From assembly GCA_008632985.1 (NCBI GenBank), contig QPGO01000069.1, positions 372,001 through 436,000 of the forward strand: a stretch of 64,000 bases of DNA, given 5' to 3'. The DNA is from Psammoneis japonica. Its lineage: Eukaryota. Of the stretch, positions 39,130-50,051 are shown piece by piece. The notes below the pieces were generated by a model. The model worked only from the letters and a program-made list of their open reading frames with translations. It was not told the DNA's origin and made no database searches. Positions within the stretch are counted from its first letter, which is position 1. The number at the start of each line of letters is the position of its first letter. The translations under genes and the position numbers were made by a program.

Positions 39130-39670
39130 GGTGAAGTGATGCACTCCGAGGCAAGGTCAATGTTGTGCGTCATGGAAGAGCTCAAAGCCAGTGCTGGGAC
39201 AATTGTCATGCACAGTTGGAGCATCAACTTGCAAATGTGAAAAGCAGTGTGCAATGCCTTGCTTCCCAACCTGCATTTGGAGTTGTGCAAAATCAAAAAA
39301 GCAACCAACAAGCAGCCCAGCAGGAAATGCCCCACCTCATCAAGGTGCGAACAACAATGACAACCCAAACCATGTCCCTTGTGAGAGCACGCTGGTGCCA
39401 AATTCAGGGACTGCTCACATTCTGCCATGGCAACAGCATGAGAATGGAGTTGGTGGAAGGAAAGCAGTGCCACAAGCCTTTGTCAGAGAGGAGCGTGATT
39501 GAGTCAAGCACAAAAAGTGCCACAGAAGGAAGGTTTTCTCTGGGACATGGTGGCTGGGCTTGTCCAAGCTGGTTTGAGTGCTCAAACAGCTTGTGATCAT
39601 GTGCATCAGGTTCATGGCAGTGCAGCACTCAAATTGTCAATGCACTGAAAGAATGTGACAAGCACCACAA
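39130..39670 (+). mobile_element. Crypton fragment C (C-terminal part; homologous to the reverse complement of 1-525)
   Basis: gagaatggagttggtggaaggaaagcag and gtggctgggcttgtccaagctgg align with copy A. ORFs 39093-39473 and 204-479 are visibly homologous. Confidence 0.85.
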
Positions 39671-41564
39671 CACAGTGTGAGTCCATGGCTGTGACTGCAC
39701 ACTCCATGTCAGCTCATGTCTGTTTGTGTTGCACGCCATGTTCAATGTTCATGTTGCATGCCATGCATGCTTTCTTCACTCTTCTTTTTAGAGCCAAAAC
39801 ATTTCTTGAGTGTTCCTTCCAATTGAAGCACCAGCATTTGGGTGCTGCTTGCTTTTTCTGACAAATCCATCTTAATGGAATGAATTTTTACACAACAAAA
39901 ACAAGCCTGTCAGATCTCTGTGCAGCTGGCATCAAAAACTGTTTGGATGTTCTTTGTTGCCATGTTCAAAACTGATGCTGTGTTGCACCCTCACCTTTTT
40001 CATGAAGAAGAAACAATGCACAAAGATGGAACAAAGTTGCAAGAAGAGATCAGAAAATTTTGAGGACAAGCAATTGAAGATGAATCTTTCTAAAAAAAGA
40101 CACAGAGAAGGGTGGGCTGTGCAGCAGCAAAGGGAAGCACCAAACTGATGAGTGGTGCATTGCTGTGCATGAGCTCCAAACTGAAAGAGCTTGCGTGTCC
40201 CATTTGCAACAACATCTGCATGTCCTGCACACAAGAGAGGAAAGGAGGGGTGGTTGCCTTGATGCACAGTGTCAAATCAGAGGCTCTCTCTCCTGGGAAA
40301 CTGAAAGCTCACCTGCTTGTTGCATCTGGTGCAGTCCACCCCAAGGAGAAACAAGGCCACAGACTTGGCAAGAGAAGCCCTGCTTGAAAAAAGGCTTGTC
40401 AATTTGAGGAGCAGTGCAGGGTGCAAGATCACCAGCTTGTTGGCAATTTTCAGGGAGGCAACAAAGCTCAAGCCCTCATTCATCCAACTGGGGCAGCATT
40501 GGGTGAAGCAGTTGAAAATGTGGCTCTTCTACAGGCTGAAAAAGAGACACAACATTTGTCCTGCTGCACTCAAAAATTGTGAGCTGGGCAGAAGTCCCTC
40601 CCCTGATGGCTGGAAAACATGTTGACAAGAAGTGTGACAGGGTCATGCACCCTCACAAAATTGTTGGGGTGCCACATGATTTTGTTGCTGCAACTCCCAC
40701 AGCATTCTTTGTGCCAATCAGAGTGCACCTGGGGCAAGATGGGGGATCTGGAAGGTGCAGCACATAAACCAGTGGAAAGGAAAAGGAGCAACTCATTGTG
40801 CTTTCTCCAAGAAGAGCAACAAGTTGTGGCCATTTGTGATTTGGAAAGGTGCACCGGTGAGGCACAAGACAAGAGCTGGGGTGGGGGAAAGACAAGCTTG
40901 ATGGTGAGCGTCCCTCTGAAGACAAAAGATTGCAGCAGCAGCATCAAAGACTGTCAATTCCTTGGGTGAGTTTGCAAATGATGTGTTGGGTCATGACGTT
41001 CTTCCTGGCACAAGGGCAGTTGATTCAGAGGGAAAGGAAAATGGGGCAACGCCAGCAGCGCTTTTGTTCATGGCTTCAAAAAGGGCATTCAAAGCAGTGC
41101 ATTAAAGACAGGACAGCAGAAGGGATTGTGCCCAAAACACAGCTTATTGACACTTTGATTGACAAAATGTGAAAGGCGCTCTGTTGTTGGGACCTCTGTG
41201 TGATGTGCACATGCACCACTGGTGATCCAATTGATCCATCCAGGCAGCTTGTGGTTGTGCAGTGGACATTGGAGGCCTGTGAGAAGGTCCCTGAGGAGCT
41301 GGTTTGCAAGTCCTTGCTTCTCGGTTGCTGGCAAAGAGGAGGATCTAACTAATGAGCCGGTCCAAGAACCTGCACAGCCAAAGTTGAAGCTGAAACAGCA
41401 GCAGAGTGCAGAGACAGAATTGTTCACTTAACCAGCAATGCAGTGGGCAAAGATGTGGCAACCGTGCTGAAGCAGTCAAAGGATTTTGATGGAAGCAACA
41501 TGGAGGATGACAAGGAGGATAAATTGTGCAGTTGTCTCATTTTTGTTTTAGCAGAACAAACCCT

Positions 41565-41754
41565 TGACAGAACACCGAAGGTCAATGATGACAGAGGTGT
41601 GAAAGACTCCCCAAGCACTGGGACTGTGACAACACGAGCACCAGTGGCTGGATGAGAAGTGAGAGGCAGATCTCAGAGAGATCTGCTCGTCCATCCAAAT
41701 GTTCTGGTCATCATCCGTGTGCAGTCTGTCCATCACAGGACAGATGGGCTGACA
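41565..41754 (-). repeat. 3' LTR of the Copia element
   Basis: tgacagaacaccgaaggtcaatga...gggctgaca, preceded by TSD accct and followed by the PPT complement ccctcccc. Confidence 0.9.
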
Positions 41755-44700
41755 CCCTCCCCTGATCTGCAATGTCTAAAGATGGAAGACAATGCAAATC
41801 AAAACAAAAGCAGGGACAATGCAAACAGAGAGACCAAAGGACACAACAAGTGTCCAAGCCCAATGCGCAACAGACAAGGGGGCAATGCACAGCAGGGGAG
41901 GCCACCACAAAAAAAAGTCAACGGCAGTGTCCCATCATGCATCGAGCGTGGCGAGCATGGAGCGCCCATCCCAAAGCCTTGGCAAGGTCATTGCCAGGAT
42001 TGACAATGCCAGGGATGTGTCAAGTGACAACTTCCCTGCCTCCTTCCACTCTTGGATTGCAAAGAACTGAGTTTCAATGTGGCGTGAGCACTTGGCAGGA
42101 ACAGAGTGGTTGATGATCTTGATTGCCAATTCGTTGTCAACATGCAGGGGCAGGCTTCATCTGGAGAAACCCAATTCATGAAGAACATGGCAGAGACAAA
42201 GGACATGTTTGGCAGCAGTGCCAGCAGCATGGAATTCTGCTTCCACAGAACTTGTGGTGGTCACAGATTGGGTCTTGCAACGGAAGGAGATGGCAGCACT
42301 GACCAACATGCAAGCATGACCTGTCATAGAATGGCAATTACAAAGATCATTGCCATGGGCAGGATCCAGAAAAGCAAGAAGTTGATGGTCACATTCAGCA
42401 GTGGGAAAGGACGGCAGTGCTGGGTCAGCAATCAACCATTCAAAAGGACAGGTGGGCAGACTGGAATCATGTTTCACCTTCTTGCAATTCAACTCCCAGT
42501 GCTTGGTTTGCCAAAGACATTTGCATGCACCCTTCAGCACATCACAGCAGCGCACTGCAGCAGGGCAGGCAGAGAATTTTGAAAGGGTGGTGACAGCATG
42601 GCCAACATCCAATTGACGTGTGACACACATGTGCAACAATTCACCAAGGAGAGTGCGGCATCCAAATCCAGCAGCCTCTTCAAGCTCCGCATGCTTGGGT
42701 GCACCTTCAGCAGGACCAATGGCAGGGCACAACTCTTGAATGGAGTCAACTGGGATGGGAGTTGCCTTGAATTTGTCAGCAAGTGTTCATCCAAAGCCAT
42801 GCCCATTCAATGCAACTGTGGACAGCAATGCCAATGGAGTCATTGCACTGGTGAATGTCCACACCATCAAACTCTTCAATGAGCCCAAGACACTTGAACG
42901 GCAGAGCAGCTTCCAAGGAAAGTTGGTGGAGAGCTTTGCCAATCTTGTCGCAGATCTTGATTGCATGTGATTCTTTTGGACATGCAATCAAAAAATCATC
43001 AACTTGATGCAGCAACAAGATCTTGTGTCCTTCAAACACAGCAAAGTGGGTGCATTTGTCATGCACAGCATTGCAAAACAATGAGGTCACATTTGAAAAA
43101 ACAGAGTTGATGTGATTCTCCCAGCCAGAGCATGCCGGCTTCTGGGTGTCCTTGGAGTGCATGTCTCATCAGCAACACCATGCTTCTGTCCAAGTCAATG
43201 CCAAAGCAGGACTTGCACCAAGTCACATGTGCATCGTCTGTTGCAACACAGACGGGATGAGATGGCTGGGGTGAATGCGCACAGGCATCATGAGCATTGC
43301 CTCCAAACACAGGATGGCTCACAGCAGCTGCCAAAGCAAAAAACATTCATTGCACAGGCTGTTCAACACAAGAGGAGTGCATCAAATGAAGATGGTGTAG
43401 AACAGAAGCTGCACATGGAGAGCTGTCACAACATTGTCAAGAACGATGTGTGCCATCATGCTTGAGATCACATTGCCAATGTGGACGTGGGACGACAGCA
43501 TCTTTGGGATGCTTGGTTGGGGCACCAAACATGCCCAATTCATGAAACTGATCTAATTGCTTGAACTCGCCTGCATGCCATTCAGGCCATGCAGACAGCT
43601 TCTTGAGACAAGTTTGGGTGAAAGCACCCAATGCCTGCTCCTCGGGAGTCATGGTGTGGGAGGACATTGCATGAATGTCAACAACACCATTGTCATGATC
43701 AGTGGAGACAGGAGGAAGGGTCTTGTCATTGTGGATGTCAGGAAAATCAGCACCTGGATGATGAATTGTGGCAATGGCATGCATGTTGGCGGTGGTCAGC
43801 TCTGGGACATGCTCGTCTTCAGGGTCCGGGGTGGGAGAGAAGATGTTGTGTTCCACCAAGGCGCGTTGCAATGCTTTAGAATCAAGTCAACGTTCAGGCA
43901 CAAAAGCAATTTCAAAATGAGTCTTGCCCAATTCATGTGTGTGTTGCAGACATTTGACGGTGTCTTCAGCAGCAAAACATGTTGGTCATTGACCAAAACA
44001 ATGCAAGCACCCAGGATCTTGTTTTGCATTGCCTTCAGGGATGAGAACAGGCAAGCAGCAGGAGTGCCACATTTGACATCAGAGACAAACACTTGTTGAC
44101 AGAGTTTGTTCACAGTCAAAGACAAATCAAAGTCGGGATCAGCAAAGGGGTCCTTCATTGCATGTGTGATGGTCTGGGCAAAAGGGTTGACACCGAAGTG
44201 AAATTCATCAACCGTCATTTCCTCTGGCTCAGCAGGAAATGGCTCACCAGCCTGAGCACACTCCAAGTGGACTGCATTCTGAGGAACAGCTCCATGATCC
44301 AGGTCATTCATGCCCTCGTCAAACCAGATGTGTGTTTGGCAAGCTTGACCCAAGATGTCTTGGCATCATGCCACAAAATGTTCTTTGCAGCATCCGGAAG
44401 ACAGCCCAGGAACATGCCCTTGCAAGAGTTGGTCCAGAATTTTGCCAGACAATGGTTGGAAGTGTGGATCCAAACCCGGCAACCAAACATTCGGAAGGCA
44501 GTGAAGTCATCCTTTTGACCAGCAGCAAGGGCAATCGGGGCAGCAGTCTGTCATCTCTGGATGGCACAGCATTCTTGATCCAAAGGCAATGATGAAAAGC
44601 ATGCGACCAAAATTTTGTGGGCAAATCAGCACCTGTCAGCATCGCCCAAATGGCATTCACAATGGCCAAATGACTCCGTTCAACTGGGCCACTCTGGTTT

Positions 44701-47700
44701 GAAGCATCTTTCCCAGCAGGACAAATTGCACAATGGAAGTCATCCTCAAAAAGTTGCCAAGCCGCTGGTTGTTGTGCAGTTTGCCACCCTGATCCAGAAA
44801 AACATGTTTGTCTGGACATTTTGGCAAGTGCTCTTCCAGAAAGTGGCAAATCCAATTCAACGGAGCAGCCTTAGAAACACGAGTGGTGCCATGGAGGTGC
44901 TTCGTAGTGCAATCACAGACAGTGATCCAACAAGTCTTGCCATTCAAACCAACGCAGTCCTTGGCACATTCTTCATTCTTAGATCATAAGCCAGAGAAAG
45001 AAAAATCTGCTGTGAGACCTTGGTGGGGTTGAGTGGCAGTCAAAGCATGTTCGGACCAGCAGGTTCCTTTGTCTGCTCAGCACGGATGCAAGTGGGACAA
45101 GTGTCAAGGGGAGATGCACCATGTGCAAACTTTGGAACACCATCAACATGTTCATGGGCATGATGCAAACAGTGATCACTCAGATGGCCAAGTCATTGAT
45201 GCCACAGGAGACGTTCCGCATCAGCCTTGAGGGATTGAACAGGAACAGTCTTCTTGGCATGTTCCTCAAAAGGCATGTTCTGACAACATTGGGGAATCAA
45301 CTGTCATTCCACACATGAAGCATCATGTTGGTGTCCACAATGTGCTTCAATCATGTGCACCAAGACTGCTTCACATTCTTCAGCAAAGGATGGATCAGCA
45401 GTCTTCAACCTTGCAATGGATGCATTGAGTTCATCGTGAGATTCCGGCAGCACAAGTGGGTGAGTGCAACATTTGCCATTGATCAATTTCCCATGCATGA
45501 CAATGTCCTGACTCTTGTGCAGTTGATGCCGTGCAACAAATTTGCAGGCTCCAAGGTTGTGGAACTTGAGAATGCAATCAACATTGCAATCTGTGTGATG
45601 GGCACTGTTCTGGCACAGTGGCAAGCACTCATCTGCCAAGGTGGACTGAATCTGCAGGTGGCAGCATGTGCGGACCTCAACAAAACCATCAGAATTCTCT
45701 GCAGGCACATGAAGACATCCGAAGCCAACTGGCACAGCTTCATGTCCAAGAGCTGGGTTGACAGCAAGTGGGCACGGATTCCTCATTGAAGTGAATTCTT
45801 GACATCAGTGGAGGAGATCACGATCTCCAGCACAGGCAATGTCAGCATCACCAGCATCCAGCTGAGCACATCATTCATTTGGTGCAAACTTGACAGCGTT
45901 GATGGCACATGTCATGCGAGCCAATTCCAGTGCAGTTGGTTCAAGGATGTGGGATGGGTCAATCAGAGTGACTCGGACAGAGTTTGCTGCAGCAAATCCA
46001 TCTTCAACAGCCATGTCATCACAGGTGAGATTGATGAATTCCACATGGTCATGTTCATCCTTCCCCTGGTCCAAAGGATCTGGAGCAGGATCATCATCCA
46101 CTTCAACATGGGGGAGAGCAGGGTTGTCATCCGGTGGCTTGGTGATGTCCGAGGATGCCATTGGGTGGGAGCATGGGCACTGACCTTGGGGTCTTTGGAA
46201 TTCAGAGGAATGCATTGCTGCTTCCCTCTTCAGAAGCTGACAAAAGCACACATGGAAACCCTCGATGCATGGATTGCCATTCAAGACAGGGCACTCATGG
46301 AATGAGTGTTCCTTGGAACAGATGATGCGCGGTTTCTTGGAGGCCTCATTGGGAGCAACCTTCAGTTTGCATGCAGAAGCCAAGCATGCATGATGAAGGA
46401 GATGATCCTCATCTGCAGGTGGCACATCCATGTCAGCCAGTTCTGCACAAAGGGCATCAAATTGGTCATCCGGCGGATCATCTGCATCATCTGGCACCTC
46501 AACAGAATCATCCTCATCAAGAGACACGTCCGGGACAGACAAAGCATTGACATCAAATGTGGCATGCTTGGGGTCTTCTTGATTCCGGTCCCATTTGTGG
46601 TGGATTGCAAGGATTTGCACAAGTGCAAAGTGAAGGACTGCCCAGTTGACGAAGGAAGTCAGAAAGAGTTTCAACAATCTGAGCATCTGTGTGCTTCTTG
46701 AGCACACTTGTGGACTTCCATTCATCCCCAGTGGTGTGGGACAAGTGCTTGGAGCATTTGGTGTTCTTGATGAATGCAGTCATCTCTTGTGGATCATCTG
46801 ATGTAGAGTCCGCATCAAAGACACAAGTGCACAACTGTGGAAAATCATTGAAAACCATGTGGCAGTCCATCAATGACAGATTGCCTTGAGCAAGACAGGA
46901 ATCTGCCAATCCAGCAGCTTCATGGTCAAAAGCTGGATGATTCTTGTGGACACTCTGCTTGAGAGCCTTGCTTCCATTGCCACAGCAGGAGGCAACAATC
47001 CGATGGTGCTTGCTGTTCTTGGGGAACATGTCTGACTTGGATGGAATCTTGTGGAGAGAACTCTGGGCTTCTTTGCAATGGACATGCACGCATTGATGTG
47101 AGTCATCATCCTTGCCGTTTCCAATCATGAAACCCTTCTCACCACCTTGATCCTTGGTGAAACACCACAAAGGGTGGACGCAGTGTCCTGAATTGAAAGA
47201 GTGGTGTTGGAAGTTTTGATGCCATGCCTGTGTCCCAGCAGGAGAGTCATCATGACAGATGGGAGGTTCCCTGAACAACATTTTCTGATCAGGAGTTGAG
47301 CTCATGACATGAAGCATTCCATCATTGAGAATGATGTGATCAGAAGCATCAACATGATGATGGAAACCATGGTCACAGTGGATGAGAAAACTCTTCAGGG
47401 CAGCCGCACCATGTTCCTTGCAGCCGCATTGTTCTCATGCATCAGTGGGTGGAGTGTTGGGTTTGAAGAGACACTTCAATGTTGTGGATGATGTGGCACT
47501 TCCTGATGTCTTGGCAGTGGCAGTGGAAGGTGGAGCATGGCTCGACACAAACTTGTGGAGGGCTGTCGCCAAATCATTCACACTGACAGTCGCAGTTCCT
47601 GAACCAGTCCAGGATGAGGGTGCAGGCTGTTGCTTCTGCTGGTGGGGCCCAAGGGAAAACTCTTTCCAATCCTGATGATTCCATGTTGCATCTGGATCAA

Positions 47701-48320
47701 CATGGATGTGTGAGCAGAGATGACAATGAATGAGGTCTGATCATGACTTTCTGAAGGTTCATCTTGATCATGGATGACAGAGCTGCAGACATCAAACAAA
47801 TTGCACAAGGCCTGTTGGGGTCTGCAATGCAGAACAGAGCTTGGTCCACAATCATTTTGATGGATTGCATGTCCGCAGGGTCCACCGTGCAAGGTGGAAA
47901 CGCTTGATTGACAAGACAGTCTTGGAGCAAGTCTGCAACACTCGTCTTGGGTCAAGCATGCTCTGGATTGTCAAAGAACGGGTCCAGATCAAATGTTGAA
48001 TCCGCGTGGATCTCATTCAGGCATGCATGGAGATGTGGCATCGTCGTGTGTGCTTGGAATTCACGCAACAGATCTCTGCAACAGACGCAGGAGCAGCCTT
48101 TGCAAGGTCGGGAGACGCCATGGTTTTACTTGGGGAAAACATTTTTGGTCATGCACGTGCAGAAATCTGGCGTGTTTCTACGGTCGTGAAAAATGCGGGA
48201 AAACACGAAAAAATTTGTTTCAGGAACAAAGACGAGGCTTGCTCGATCGGCTCACAAAACAAATGAATCGAAACAGAAAGTGTGGCGCAGAGTTCTGTGA
48301 CACAGCGCAAGGCCACAACC

Positions 48321-48470
48321 TGACAGAATGCCGAAGGTCAATGACAATGGAGGTGTAAAAGACTCCCCAAGCACTGGGACTGTGACAACATGAGCACCAG
48401 CAGATGAGAAGTGAGAGGTCTGGTCATCATCCGTGCACATTCCATCCATCGTACGATGGACAGGCTGACA
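48321..48470 (-). repeat. 5' LTR of the Copia element (internal ~40-bp deletion relative to the 3' LTR)
   Basis: tgacagaatgccgaaggtcaatga...caggctgaca followed by TSD accct. Confidence 0.9.
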
Positions 48471-48543
48471 ACCCTCTGCTCTCTGCCGGCACTCTAGAGA
48501 GCAGATTGGCACCTCTCCCCTTGCAGCTTTGGCAGCACTGGTT

Positions 48544-49860
48544 AAACCAGGCCTGCGGGGAGCATTGACCACTTGTCTTTCTTTTTGTGGGTGTGGGTGT
48601 GTGCCGTTGCATGCTGCATTGCCTGTGCGCACGCAGGTGGCAGCGTGGCCACCACACCGGTGACGCGGATGACCGTTGTGTCTGATGTCTCATGCCATTT
48701 TTGGGGCTGCAGCGAGGTGCACGGACACTCTTTTTTTTCCAATTTATCGCCACAATGGCGCATCGCACAAACTCACTTGTTGTTTGATGTGTTTTCCCAG
48801 TGTGACTGTCTCGTGCAGAATTCACGATTGATTGTCTTTGTTCACAACTGAGTGCATTTTTCAACATGCCACGCCGGCAATCCCAATTTTTGAGAACTTT
48901 CGAGCTCTCCTGAAAAACCGTGCCACGCACCCGTCGCAGGGAATTTGTCGATTTTTTAGGATGTCCCCACGACCTCTCATGTCCTCAATGATCATTCTGC
49001 GAATCCAAAGAATTCATCTGTGCCAGACAACCCATGCCGTTCCAAAATCTGAGGGACACACTTTCAAATTCAGATGGACTGCCCGACTGCCCGACTGCCC
49101 GACTGCCCGACTGCCTGACTGTCCGACTGCCCGACTGCCGGACCGACACGAAAAAGTCTGCAATCACCAACCACTGAGTGGTCAATGAAATGTGTGCTTG
49201 TGGAAACCAGGCCTGCGGGGAGCATTGACCACTTGTCTTTCTTTGTGGGTGTGGGTGCATGTGTGCCGTTGCATGCTGCATCAGGGCCCTGCTGCCGGGG
49301 CCGGCATTGTGGCGGCTGAGTGGCATGGCCACCGCACCGGTGACGCGGATGACCGTCACATTTGATGTCTCATGCCATTTTTGGGGCTGCAGCGAGGTGC
49401 ACGGACACTCTTTTTTTCCAATTTATCGCCACAATGGCGCATCGCACAAACTCACTTATTGTTCGATGTGTTTTCCCCAATGTGACTTTTTCGTGTAGAA
49501 TTCACGATAAATTGTCTTTGCATGTAACTGAGTGCATTTTTGAACATGCCACGCCGGCAATCCCAATTTTTCAGAACTTTCGAGCTCTCCTGAAAAACCG
49601 TGCCACGTGCCCGTCGTAGGGAATTTATCGATTTTTTAGGATGTCCCCACAACCTCTCATGTCCTCAATGATAATTCCAAGAATCCGAAGAATTCATCTG
49701 CACTAAACAACCCACACCCTTTCAAAATCCAAGGGACACACTTTCAAATTCAGACGGACAACCCGACTGCCCGACTGCCCGACTGCCCGACCCCCCGACT
49801 GCCCGACTGCCGGACCGACACGAAAAAGTCTGCAATCACCAACCACTGAGTGGTCAATGA
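48544..49860. mobile_element. Two tandem ~650-bp copies (48544-49188, 49204-49860) of a non-autonomous element with subterminal inverted repeats, a (GACTGCCC)n microsatellite and a terminal hairpin (MITE or Helentron/DINE-like)
   Basis: CATTGACCACT at 48563/49223 is inverted as AGTGGTCAATG at 49177/49849. Hairpin ACCACT-G-AGTGGT. 8-bp repeats at 49077-49140 and 49762-49812. Confidence 0.7.
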
Positions 49861-50051
49861 TCTGCACCTGTTTCTGCGGACCCCTTCATACCCTGCACTA
49901 CATCTGAACCAAATTCAGTAGACCAGATTTTCGATGACTAGGAAATTTGTGCCAAGATGAAACGGGAAACTCTAACCTAAAGTACAAGCATGAATTTGCT
50001 GAAATCTGAGAGAATGCATTATGTTTAGTTGTGAAGTGTGGTTGATCTAGT

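Larger units (their letters stand above)
41565..48470 (-). mobile_element. Full-length Ty1/copia (CoDi-like) LTR retrotransposon, inactivated
   Basis: LTRs at 41565-41754 and 48321-48470 (TG..CA). 5-bp TSD ACCCT at 41560-41564 and 48471-48475. PPT GGGGAGGG (-) at 41755-41762. PBS-like GGTTGTGGCC (-) next to the 5' LTR. Domain order on minus: gag; integrase (DQGGKL, QSGPVERSH); RT (HALQGHPEAG, LLHQVDDF); RNase H (TSSVEAEF, RHIETQFFAIQEW). Confidence 0.93.

Noticed and set aside
39900..41560. Possible coding relic into which the Copia inserted
   Set aside because: TA-depleted like the other relics, but no motif could be assigned with confidence.
42000..47400. Alternative genetic code or RNA-editing-dependent genes explaining Tyr-less proteins
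   Set aside because: Neighbouring host genes use the standard code with normal Tyr. TA loss is frame-independent, affects LTRs and non-coding repeats, and the elements also carry frameshifts and TGA stops.
31550..49870. Classical fungal RIP or simple 5mC deamination as the sole explanation of the composition
   Set aside because: RIP raises TpA, and CpG deamination cannot remove TpA or turn Tyr into Cys/His. CpG decay is present but explains only part of the pattern.
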